In this document: piece after piece, positions 52,102 to 64,000 of the stretch | How the letters are laid out: the number at the start of each line of letters is the position of its first letter | How positions within the stretch are numbered: the first letter of the stretch is position 1 | Source of the DNA: Octopus vulgaris | Taxonomy: Eukaryota | NCBI GenBank assembly: GCA_951406725.2 | Contig: OX597827.1 | Span: 57,598,001-57,662,000, forward strand | Direction of reading: 5' to 3' | Length of the DNA: 64,000 nucleotides | Program-made: the position numbers and the translations under genes | The notes under the pieces: model-generated | Told to the model about the DNA's origin: nothing | Databases searched by the model: none | The model's input: only the letters and a program-made list of their open reading frames with translations

Positions 52102-52614
52102 ACCAATACTATAATAGATAAGATTCTATGAGTTAAGTTTTATTGCCAAGATCATAATGGTTAAATGTTTTTTGAAGATATAAAATAAAATACATAAAAA
52201 TAGTGTTTGAAGATTCTCATCAATGCTTAATATTGCATTTCAACATCCATGAGATTTCGATAAAATAATTATCCGTTTTGGTAAATTCAATAACCATCCT
52301 GCAGCTTGCACAACATAAAATTATTTAAAATCTGCTTCAAATGAGCTATACAAGATCACTTCTATCAGTTTAACACAATTGTTTTTTAATCTGTACTTGT
52401 AGAGGCAGGACAGTTTTATCTAACAAAACATCACCAGTTATTTTCTTTTCTACATAGTTTCACCTATCATATAACTACTTTCTATAAAGACTTCCTTTTT
52501 TGCCTATCACTATCTCCCATCTTACCTTCTGCTATCAACCAAACTCCAGTATTTTTTCACCCCAACATTCATCGACATTACCTGTCTGCCCACATAAAAT
52601 TGGAATAGTTTTAA

Positions 52615-52705
52615 TTTATATGTATAAAAAAAAAAATTTATATGTATAAAAAAAAAATTTATATGTATAAATTATACATATAAATTTATATGTATAAATA
52701 AAATA
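52615..52705. repeat. AT-rich minisatellite (tttatatgtataaa unit, 4 copies)
   Basis: Directly visible tandem units separated by A-runs. Confidence 0.8.
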
Positions 52706-53757
52706 ATAAGGTACTAAAAGAGAATGACTCTCCCCAGACACAACAGAATATGCTTCAACACACAAACTCATATAAAGAATCTTGCAAATCAAATCCAAAA
52801 ACGAAATATAAAAAAAAGAGGTTTTGTATCATCAGGCTACGGAAGATCTCAGGCAGGGTGTATCAAAATGGTTTCTAATAAAATTTAAATCAAGAAGTGG
52901 AGTCAGAACCCTTATCTTGGTACACTAGACAGATTGATGCAGCAAGATGCCTAGCTTAAACCATCTTCAGTTCAATGTCCTCAGTATGAATGTGGGTTGT
53001 GAATACTGCTAGAAAATAAACAAGTTCTTTCTTTATCGTTCAACACATTATTTACATCTTTATATGTTTTAAAAACAACAAAAAAAAATGCAAACAAACA
53101 GTTGCAGTTTTGTCATAATATTTCATATCATATACACTTGTTTTTAATTTCTATGGCTTTTTCTGGAAACATGCTTTATAAATTTAATTGAATCTGCTAC
53201 TGTAGCAGAAAAATCTATTTCTCAATCTCTGGCTGTAAAACAGATAACACTAATGAAACTGTATCTCTTTGTCACTCCTTGCTGCTAAGAATTAGAAAAT
53301 TTAAAAAATTTCATACTTCAACCTCAATCTTTGCATTATAATTGGCAGAATTATGCTGTAATCAGAACATTGTGTAAGTTACAACTAAATATATTTAATT
53401 CAATAGGCCAAAGATTGTCTCAGTTTTTCTATAGATGGAACGTGGGGTGCAAATACCCAAGTCAGTTTAGCCTAGATGATTGTCCCACTTTTCCCCTCAT
53501 AAACTAACTTAAAATCAGCCCTGTCAGCAAATAGGTTAACAGAAATAACAAAGAGAAATGTTTTTACCCTTAATATAAAAATCAACACCACAAAGTATTG
53601 ACAAATGTATTGTACAACCCCAAGTCAACTTTGAATCTATAGAAAAGAATTCCGGTCATAATCATCCCATGCAATTTCTTTATGTAGGATATTAAGGTGT
53701 GATTTGAGATATGGCTGCTATTTCTAGCAGGTCAAGTACCATGTAGAGATATCTTCA

Positions 53758-53967
53758 TTAACCCTTTTGTTACTATATTCATTTTGAGATGCTCTGTGCT
53801 TCTTTTAATTACTTTAAATATAACAAAGAATTTAGTAAAATAACTCAGCTAGTGTTTGGACATAAATTGTGACTAAGGTTTGGTGGAAGATTTTAGTTCA
53901 AAACTTTTGAAAACAAGATATTTATACTCAGAGCCTGTTTCAGCCGGGTTGGTCACAAAAGGGTTAA
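53758..53967. mobile_element. piggyBac-type MITE family 2
   Basis: TTAA-cccttttgttac...gtcacaaaaggg-TTAA. A related copy lies at about 44955-45172. Confidence 0.85.
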
Positions 53968-54056
53968 CTCTGTTGTACTGTTGTTGACTAGCCTACATGA
54001 ACAGACATCCTGTAATTTCTGCAAGACTTTAAAAAAATATTGATAATTCATTGTAA

Positions 54057-54385
54057 AGGCACATGGCTCAGTGGTTAGAGTGGCAGGCTCACAATCATGA
54101 AGAAGGGAGATTGATTCCTAGACCGGGCTGTGTGTTGTATTCTTGAGCAAGACACTATTTCACATTGCACCAGCTCACTCAGCTGTAGAAATGAGTTGCA
54201 ATGTTACTGGTGCAAAGCTGTATTGGTCTTTGCCTTTCCCTTGGACATCAGTGGAGTGAAGAAGGGAGGTTGGTATGCATGGTGACTGCTGGTCTTCCAT
54301 AAACTTTGCCCAGACTTGTGTCTCAGAGGGTAACTTTCTAAGTGCATTTCCATGTTCATTCATGACTGAAGGGGGTCTTTTACCC
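54057..54385 (+). mobile_element. tRNA-derived SINE family D (V/CORE-like central segment)
   Basis: A-box TGGCTCAGTGG, degenerate B-box gattgattcc, then gtgttgtattcttgagcaagacact...cactcagctgtagaaatgag. Confidence 0.7.
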
Positions 54386-54893
54386 TAATTTACTAGTGCA
54401 GTAACAGAATTGGTTGAGATTGCAAGGCCAGGGAGTGAGAGTTTACTGTTTCTTCTTCCATGACTCGTTTTTCAAGTTGAAGTGATCGCAGTGACACATT
54501 TAAGGGAATGGACTTAGTGGTTATCTAAATAGGTTAATATCCATTCATTTCTCCAGAGCTGATAAAGAAAGCTATAATCATAAACAGTGGTTGAGTTCAG
54601 TTAACTATGTCTTTCCTTGTCTGTACAACAAAAAGAAAATTGGCCACAAGCCAATTTGAAGCTAATCTATTTTTGTGCAACTATGCAACTTTAATATGCA
54701 GAAGTATGCATACAAGTTAACATACAGGCATGGCTGTGTGGTAAGAAGCTTGCTTCCCAACTACATGGTTTGGGGTTCAGTCCCACTGTGTAGCAGCTTG
54801 GGCAAGTGTCTTCTACTATAGCCTCAGGCTGACCAAAGCCTTGTGAGTGAATTTGGGAGAGAGAAACTGAAAGGAAGCCCATCATAAATCTGT

Positions 54894-54938
<45 letters not shown>

Positions 54939-56902
54939 TGTCCGTCCGTCCGTCCCCTCACAGCACTTGACAACTGCTGATGTAGTCTGAAACTTAGCGG
55001 TTCAGCAAAAGAACGCAAGAGAATGAGTACTGGGGATCAAGACATTCGACTAAAAATTCTTCAAGGCAGTGCCCCAGCATGGCCACAGCCTAATGACAGA
55101 AACAAGTCAAAGATAAAAGATTCATACAAACATAAATACTGAACAGAAGGAAATTCTTTTTTAAAAAAAATGAGGTTTGATAATCCAGGGTAAATTAAAA
55201 TGGCAACAACACTCCTATCCCTTAAGCCAAAGTACTGGACTACACACTAAATACTACAGAGGATTATTTGTGTTAAACATTGCTATTTAACAAGTTGTGG
55301 TTAGGTAGTGATGAGTATCTAGTCAGTCAGTCAGTTTATTCACATTTGTAGCTGTAATGCTAGTTTTTATGTATTTTTATTTCCACAGCTGATATTAAAT
55401 ATAATAGTTTATCATAACAGATTTTAGCCACTGTCACTAATTGGTTAAAAGTACCAGTCGAGTCAAAATCCTGCAAAAGGCAATGAACCATTACTAGCTC
55501 ATCCTTTTAAACAAAGAAGATTATTGTTATTTTCCTTGCTTAAAGACAAGTTAATTTGATTTTCTATCATGAATCGTTAAGACCTGTAGGTCCTTACTCT
55601 AAATGTTAAAGTGTGAAAAATTCATCTCACTAGACACTGCAGATAGCTGCCAAAACCATTCCTCAAATAATAAACTGATTCTTATTCCTAACTGTGAGGT
55701 GATTGGAGGCATACACTGAATTAGTATTCTATCCATATTGTCAAAGAATATAAGTTTAAATAATCGGAAAAAAAAAATGCAAAATAGACTACAATTTTTT
55801 TTTTTTTTTTAAATCTGTTTCTGCTTTAAATCATTGAAATGACAGTTGCATGAAAAGGCAATGGACTGTATTTCAGGTATGAACATAGATGGACAATATT
55901 TGTAGGAACAGATGTTACAAGTGAGTATCACAAAAGCGAAAACAAAAATTTTTGGAAAAAATACACAAATGACCTGATGTTAAAGCCTATTTGATGGGAA
56001 GTAGTAATAGTAGTAATAAATTGCCTTATTTTACAGACTTTAATATTTATCACAAACCACAGTCAATACTTTGGTTTTGCTCATAAAAATCAGAAGATTG
56101 CATAACACTGCATTTTATGTGCAACTTTTGGTGCACACACACACACACAGTAGTTGAAGAATTGAACATTTAGTATGTGGTTTTTTTTATGTTGAATATT
56201 TCTAAAACTAACATACAAGGTAAGAAATAAAAATATTAGGTTTCTTAAACAATGTTGTATTTAACATTATTTTGCACTCATTGGGACAGATTTACTGAAA
56301 CTGAAAAGGTATACATTGTATGATTAAAAAAAAAGAGAGAAAAGAACTGAAAGCTAGATTAATGAGTAACCTGAGTGATTAATGAATAACTTGTAAGGTC
56401 TAAGATAGTTTTTAGTTGGTGCCAATTACCTGCAAAGTTTGGTACCAGTGACACAACCATCACTTTGTCACTGTTCAGAGTTGGATCTTTTTGTCTTTTA
56501 CTTGTTCCAGACTACAGCCATGCTGAGGCATCACCTTGAAGGGTTTCAGTCAAACAAATTGACCCTAGTACTTATTTTTTAAAGCTTGTTACTTAAATCT
56601 GTTGGTCACTTTTGCTGAACCACTATGTTATGAGGATGAAAACAAACTAACATCAGTTGTCAAGCAGTGGGGGAGATACAAAAAAAAGACACACAAACAC
56701 ACACCAGGCTTCTTTCCCTTTCAGTCAACCAAATCCACTAACAAAGCTTTGGTCAGTGCAGGGCTATAGTAAAGTAACACTTAAGGTGCCACATGGTGGA
56801 ACTGAACCTAAAATCATGTCTGTGGGAAGCAAACTACTTACCACACAACCATGCATGAAGTTTGAATCCTCGGCAATACTCTCAATTCTTAAAGCTCTTG
56901 AT

Positions 56903-57342
56903 TTAACCCTTTTGTTACCATATTTCTGTAGATATATACTGCATTTGTTTTCAATTAACCCTTTAGCATTTAAATTGGCCATATCCAGCTCAAATATTCT
57001 ACTTGTTGTATGTTCAGACTGGTTAGATCTGGCCTCTCACACTTACCCTACATTATCATTCCAAAAATAAACAATCACTTCATTGAAATCTTTAAACTAC
57101 AAGAGAATACATAATTCAAAACATTTTTAATAAATAAGAATTACACTTAACAGAATAATCTGAATGCTAAAGTGTTAATGTTGAAAATAATGAAGAATTT
57201 AGTAAAACTGTCATTATGAAGCTGGTGTTTGGAACATAACATGAAATTTTGATGGGTGGCTTAAATTTAAATGACTTTTAAAATAAAGTTTGCATCATAG
57301 AACTAGGGGCAGTCTCAGGAAGTTTGGGATCAAAAGGGTTAA
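56903..57342. mobile_element. piggyBac MITE family 2 with a family 1 MITE nested at 56955-57178
   Basis: Outer TTAA-cccttttg...caaaaggg-TTAA; inner TTAA-ccctttagcatt...aatgctaaagtg-TTAA. Confidence 0.88.
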
Positions 57343-58822
57343 ACAGATAAGTAATGGAATAGAAGCAAGCCTTGCAATCTTCATTTAATTATCCAATGTC
57401 CACTGCAGACTAGTTTATAAAACTAATAACCCTCAAGGTACTAATTGAAGAGACATTTCAACATCTCTAGCTTCTCATGTTTCTTATGTTCAGAGTTTAA
57501 TAAATCATTGATGACTGTAAGAAACTCAAAACGTTTAGCTACTACATTATTTAGAAAGCTATATATTGTAATTCCCACCTAGTATAGAAATAAACAATTT
57601 ATGGAAACATTAAATACAGTTGTATATGTATGTGCAAAAACTAAATGGTCCATTTTCTACTGCAAAACAAAATTAAGAGAATCTGTTAATTCAGAGATTG
57701 GACTGGAAAGAATGAGAATGCAAGACTTCATAAATCAATAAATTCCAAGCAGAAAATTTCAGTATCTTCATATGTGTGTGTGTGTGTGTGTGTGTAAGAC
57801 AACTTACAACTTAGTATAAGAGACCTTATAGCAAATGGATTTAAAGAATTAAGAGTTATTGGTTTCAGTTTGTTTACACTTAATCTATCCCCCTTCAACA
57901 ACAGACACTGATAATGCTTTGAAGAACTCGACAGCAATTTGACAGCAATGCTTCACTGATCGGCATTTTGATAAAATAATAAATGCAAAGAAATTAACGA
58001 TAGGTAAATTGCACATTGATATACTGATTAAGTCCTCAAATAGTCATTGCAATTAGTTAAAGATATTCAAAACTGTAAGATCAATATTACAGTATTTAGA
58101 AATGAGTGCAAAATATGTTCTGTGGGGAGTGGAGAGGGGTCATATATTGGTAAACAGAAATTATTAATAAAATTATCTTCAGATGTACATATAGTTAACA
58201 AATTGAAGCAAAATCAAACCACTCAAAGCACTGATATAGTGATTCCTATCAAACCCACAACAAAGGTAAAGAGTTAAATTGATCCAAGCAAAGTTTTAAC
58301 AAAAACTTGACACAAGGTGTTGTTAAGACATTTGCTTCCCAACCACATGGTTTCAGGTTTAGTGCCACAGTGTGGCACCTTGGGGAAGTGTCTTTTACCA
58401 TAGACCTGGGCAAACCAAAGCCTTTGCTGTATATATACATGTGCACATAAAACTCGTAATCCATGGTACTGTCTTTAATAATTATCATACATCTATAGTA
58501 GAGCTAAGATTAATACTTAGTCTTAGACACAGAAACTCCTTTAGCTTTAAATAACTTCCAAGCCTATACAAAGCACAAGTGAATCACATCCAAGAGCATC
58601 AAAAACCTGACTGGCTAACCTTCATTTGCTAAAACAACCACTACTAATTCACCAACATCTTGTATCCTCCTCTCTTTTCCACTGCAACTATAAAGACTTC
58701 TGGTCCTCTGAACAAGCAATATACCATTAGAAAAGCCATCTGCATGGCACTTTGGGCAAATGTCTTCTACAATAGCCCTGGGTTGACTAAAGCCTTGTGA
58801 GTTTATGCGTAGGAAGAAAGAG

Positions 58823-58862
<40 letters not shown>

Positions 58863-60662
58863 TGCCTCAACAAATTCTGTCCAACCCATGAAAGCATGGA
58901 AAAGTAGGTACTAAAACAACAACGATGATAATACATAGTGACTATTTTTTTATTAAGTAATGAAGAAAGAGATGTAATTATTATACATGAAACAAGCCAA
59001 ATAAGAAATATATATGAGTTATGAAAAAAATCATTTGGCTTTGCAAAATAATTCAACAAATATATAAATGCCTCAAAATAAATAAAACACAATAGCCCTA
59101 AACAGTCCTCGCATTTGTATAAATTTTGAATTTATCTTTTACTTGTTTCAGTCATTAGACTGCAGCCGTGCTGGAGCACTGCCTGAAAGAATTTTAGTCA
59201 AACTTATCAACCCGAAGTACTTATATTTTGTAAAGCCCGGTACTTATTCTATTGTTTTCTTTTGCTGAACCGCTAAGTTATAGGGATGTAAATACACGAA
59301 CACCAGTTGTTAAGCAGTAGAGTGAAGACACACACACACTTGGTCTTCTTTCAGTTTCCATCTACCAAAACCATTAAATAAGGCTTTGTTGATGATATAT
59401 GGCCATAGCAGAAGACACTTGCCCAAGGTGCCATGCAGTGGGACTGAAACCAGAACCACGTAGTTGGGAAGCAAACTTCTTATAATACAACCACGCCTAC
59501 ACCTAACGAAGATTATACATCACTACATTTTATAAATTGGCCCATTTTGATCTTGTGTAACTCTTAAGCATTCAGATAACTGTCAAATGTAATGCTTATT
59601 ATTTATTCACATTCTCTTGGATTAATTATGCCTTATGTCATAGCTTCAAGATTTTGATGATGTACTTGTTTAGGATGAGTTGGTTCAAACACAAAACAAG
59701 CAGAATATTTTGGCTGGATAAACTGCTAAAGGGTTAACTCGATTTTATAATACAGACATATCTCCATTCATGAAATTCTCTTCCAAAAATTGCCAAATAA
59801 TGAAATTTTTTTTTTAACATTTCATAAAAAAAATTACCTTTGAACTTTATCCAGTATTGGCTAAATTGCATCTGTCGTATAATGTCAGCATTTAAAAAAG
59901 AATTTTTTTTATAGAAAATCAATTTGATTTTGATAATGATATACTTAATTTTACTACTGTGTTGTCAGAGGATAAAAACTGTTCCAGTGATGATTTGTTA
60001 AAAGCCATGTAAACGTTCTATTCTTTTTCTTTTATCTTTTACTTGCATCACTCATTAGACTGCAATCATGCTAGGGCACTGCCTTAGAGAATTTTCAGTT
60101 GAACAAATTGACCCCCAGTACTTTTTTTTTTTAAGCCTGGTACTTCTAACAGCCTCTTTTACTGAACAGCTAAGTTACAAGGACATAAACACTCCAACGC
60201 TGGTTGTCAAATGGTGGTAGGGGAGGAGACAGAGACACACACACTTATGCTGGGTTTCTTTTACTTTCCATTCCCCAAATCCACTCACGAAGTTTTGGTC
60301 AGCCCAGGGCTACAGTAGAAAACACATGCCTAAGGTGCCACACAGTTGGACTGAACCTAGAACCACACAGTTGGAAAGCAAACTTCTTACCACACAACCA
60401 TGCCTGCACTTATAATGCATTCTTTTTATTTAAAAAAAAAACCTTGGGGGTTTATTTGTTTTGAAGACTGCTTGAGAGTGCGGAACATGAAGCCATATCT
60501 AATGCAAACATGACAAACATTCTACCACTGACTACTACAGGCAACCTTGGACTTTTCCTATTCAAAAGGTTTTTAAATCCAATATGCACATACTAATCTA
60601 TAGCTTTAGCTACTTTGAGTTTTAACATTGCAAAAAAGAATTTTATATATATATCTATATAT

Positions 60663-60870
60663 AAACAGAGTCGCCATGATAAATCGTTAGCCATTACACA
60701 CATTTTTTTCTCTCCTTGTTTCTCTCTGTTTTTTCTGTGTCCCTTTCTGTAGAAGAGCGTAGGCTCGAAACGTAAAAGACCTTTTCTATTCCTGAGCGTT
60801 ATACTAATACATCTGTTTGTTTTGTACACCACCTGTCTTCGTCTTTTGTTTTTTTCGTAAACTCTCCCTA
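60663..60870 (+). mobile_element. Penelope-like non-autonomous insert in (TA)n carrying a minimal hammerhead motif
   Basis: cttt-CTGTAGA-a-gagc-gtag-gctc-GAAA-cgta-aaag (60743-60778); TA-repeat flanks. Confidence 0.65.
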
Positions 60871-63800
60871 TATATAAACACACATGGGTTGATTCATTCA
60901 ACTAAAAATTCTTCAAGGTGGTGCCACAGCATGGCCGCAGTCTAATGACTGAAACCAGCGAAAGATAAAAGGCATGCACACACACTACATATGTTACTTT
61001 TGGAGGCAAATCCTATAAATGGTGAATAAATGAAACGCAGCTGCAGTTGGTACCAACAGCAAAGCTTCTATATGGTTGTTCAACCTACTAGAAATAGTAG
61101 TACACAACACCACCACCCAAAAGAGAGAGAGAAAGAGAGGCATGATGGTCATGGCTATAATGCTTAATATGAACAACAACAATAAATAAAATATAAACAT
61201 CACAAAAATCAAACCCCAGAAATACGTAACTTAAAATCTATCTAATTTCTAATGAAAGCGTTAAATCAAATTGCACCCGACTCCAAATACTGTATTTTTG
61301 TTTTCTTCGTGGATAAATGTTTAATGAAGTTAATAATGATGCTGTTCCGTTTTAAGAGCAAAACATGTGGCAGAGTCCCTATAGCGTATTCCCAGAATAA
61401 CTCAGATAAATATAGAAGGTATAAAAATAATACATCCCAGGTGAATTCAGTATTATTAGAATTATTTTTTTCTTTTTTTTTTCACGAGAGAGTAGGGGAG
61501 TACTTTTTTTCTTTTTATGTGAACCTTCACAAAGTAATTATGAAATCTATTTATAAAGATGGGTGAATTTATGTCTTAAAGTAAGTATGTCTGGCTGGCA
61601 TTGCAGGGTGGTCTGACTGTAAAAAGGCATGCTTGACTATATATGTCAATGTATGTATATAACCATGAGTAGGCATGAAAAAAAAAATATATATATATAT
61701 ATAGAGAGAGATTTATACAGCATACACATCAGAGGTGGAGGAGAGAGGGAGACTTGTACAAGTTTAGGTGTATCTCTAAACAAATCTTATTTTTCTGAAA
61801 ACCTAACTATGCTCCAGTTTTAACTTATAACTCAGGAGTTTCAACATTTTCTTAGCAATTCTTTGTGCTTTGACTCAAACAATATATTTCCAAGGCCTTT
61901 CACCTTGCCAGTCTTCAAGCCAAAATTACTTTCGTGACCGTCATAGCTATTATTTTTATCCTAACACTTGGATCATAAGAAACAATGTCCCATTGGTTTC
62001 TTATTTACTATCAATGAGCTTAAAATTTATTCAAGCATTGATGTCAGGTTTCTTTCAACAGTAAATAATTCAGTTTCTCTGGGTGTGCTACATTGATGTT
62101 GAGGTTTTGGGTCACATTGTTTCAGTATAGCTTTCCTGTCAAACATCTAGTTTTGGAGGAAAAAATGAATTTTTTTGTATTCAGGTATCTAACATAAATG
62201 TATATATAGTTCAGAAGTCATGTGGTTCTAGATTTGATCTCATTACACAGCATTTTAGGCAAGTGTCTACTGGAGCCTCAAGTATACCAATAACTTGCAA
62301 ATAGCACTTGTTAAATGGAAACTGTGAGGAAGCTCAATGCATGTATGTGTTTATACTAAGTTTTACATTCACACACTTATATCAGTAAGTAATACAGCCA
62401 TTATATAATATATATATATATATATACTTTACCTTTTTAACTGTTTCAGTCATTAGACTGCAGCCATGCTGGAGCAGTGCCTTGAAGAATTTTTAGTTGA
62501 ATGAATACACCCTAGTACTTATTGTTTCATTTTTTAAAGTTTTTTTTTTAAACCTTGTCTTTGTTGCTAAACTGCTAAGTTACAGGGACATAAACACACC
62601 AACACTGGTTGTCAAGCGGTGGAGGATGGACAAACACACATACACACACACAAATATATAAATGACAGACTTCTTTCAGTTTCTTTCTACCAAATCCAAT
62701 CACAATGCTTTGGTCAGTCCAAGACTATAATAGAAGGCACTTGCCCAAGGTGCCACACAGTGGGGCTGAACCCAGAATCATGTTATTGGGAAGCAAGTTC
62801 TTACCACACAGCCACACCTGCACCTGTTTATATATATATTTGATTAATGAGAGATGGAAGCTACGGGAATGTTGATTAATCTTCAGTTTACATCTGGTTT
62901 CTAAGCTGGCATGGGTTGGAGGACTGTGTCCTGTCTCAATATCTCAATTCTGGTACAGTTTCTATTGCTGGATGCCATTCTAATACCAAACACTCTGCAG
63001 AATGTACTGGGTTACCCTCAAGGTATCATGTTCCAGAAGATGTATACATGAACAAACATGTATTTGGAAGCATAAGAAACAAATATTTGGATATATAAAA
63101 CATATCAAAGAGTGTAAATATACTGTCAAAGAACATGAGATTTTAAAGAATGAGTGAGCGTGTGTGTGAAAAATAATCAAGTAAAAAATGCTCTAAGGCA
63201 ATTGTACTGAAGACAACGACCCAGTTTCAATACATGACTTTAATTATTTGTGTTATGTCATGGAATAGTAAAATGTGAACATTACATCTTATTACTCTGC
63301 CTTTCAAGGTTCCAGGCTACATTTATAAGCGAGAAACAATATTAATTGATCTACACTGGAAAAACATTATCATCTGGAACAACAAAAGACAAAAAGGTGA
63401 TAATCTCTGACGGAAAGTGAACAAACCACATCTATGACTGTGTTTGCAGTCAAGTTATTTGTATTTAGAATTTGAATGTGTGTGTGTGTGTGTGTGTGCA
63501 TACATGATGAAAAAGTGGAGTATAACTTAAATGCTTCAATTAGGTTTGCCTTTATTCTGAGTAAAATTCCTTAGGATTTAGCAGCTTTCTATTTAACCTC
63601 CTAAAAGGGATCAGGATTCGATAAATTAAGTAACTAAAGACTCTATATGTGTTTATGTGTATGAAGAAAATGGCCAATTGAATACATTACCAGATTAACA
63701 ACCTAATCATCTTGAGTTCAAATCCACTACAGGTATTTTATTCCAAGCTATCAGTTATAGGTCCACAGATTATCTGAGAAAGATTTATCTCACAGCCACT

Positions 63801-64000
63801 TAACACCTTTAAACCAGAGCAAAACACCCGCTAAACCCTTTAGCATTCAGATTACTCTGTCAAATGTAATGCTTATTTATTCCCATTGTTTTGAATTAAC
63901 CATGGATTATCTTGTAGCTTTGAGATTTTCATGATGTGATTGATTATTTTTAGAAGGACATTGCAGAGTAAGTGTGAGAGGTTGCATCTGGCTGGTTTGA

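Noticed and set aside
59837-59871. MQFSQYWIKFK followed by GTAAT as the missing first exon
   Set aside because: The donor falls in phase 1 while the next exon needs phase 0, and similarity to the expected RKWLYKPK leader is poor.

Overview
AT-rich, repeat-dense eukaryotic DNA. The SINE/MITE families and microsatellite load look like an Octopus genome; this is inferred from repeat recognition, not proven. The only protein-coding gene I can support is on the minus strand: five internal GT-AG exons (23481-23759, 10938-11087, 9690-9742, 2798-2887, 365-454) that splice in frame to the N-terminal half of LST2/ZFYVE28. The first coding exon was not found, so 23760-64000 is probably one intron of more than 40 kb, and the gene continues past position 1. 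The introns hold three abundant SINE-like families plus a fourth tRNA-SINE, piggyBac-, hAT-, mariner- and Merlin-type MITEs (several nested), an RTE LINE relic and Penelope-like inserts in (TA)n tracts. Nearly all ORFs in the supplied track are repeat or microsatellite artefacts. The most interesting unexplained signal is a fully formed type I hammerhead ribozyme fold with a compensatory U3-A8 core at 9964-10025, antisense to the gene and about 220 nt from an exon. Other highlights are further minimal hammerhead motifs in Penelope-like inserts, a 30-bp near-perfect intronic hairpin, and two codons where A-to-I editing would matter. Repeat boundaries were read by eye and are approximate.
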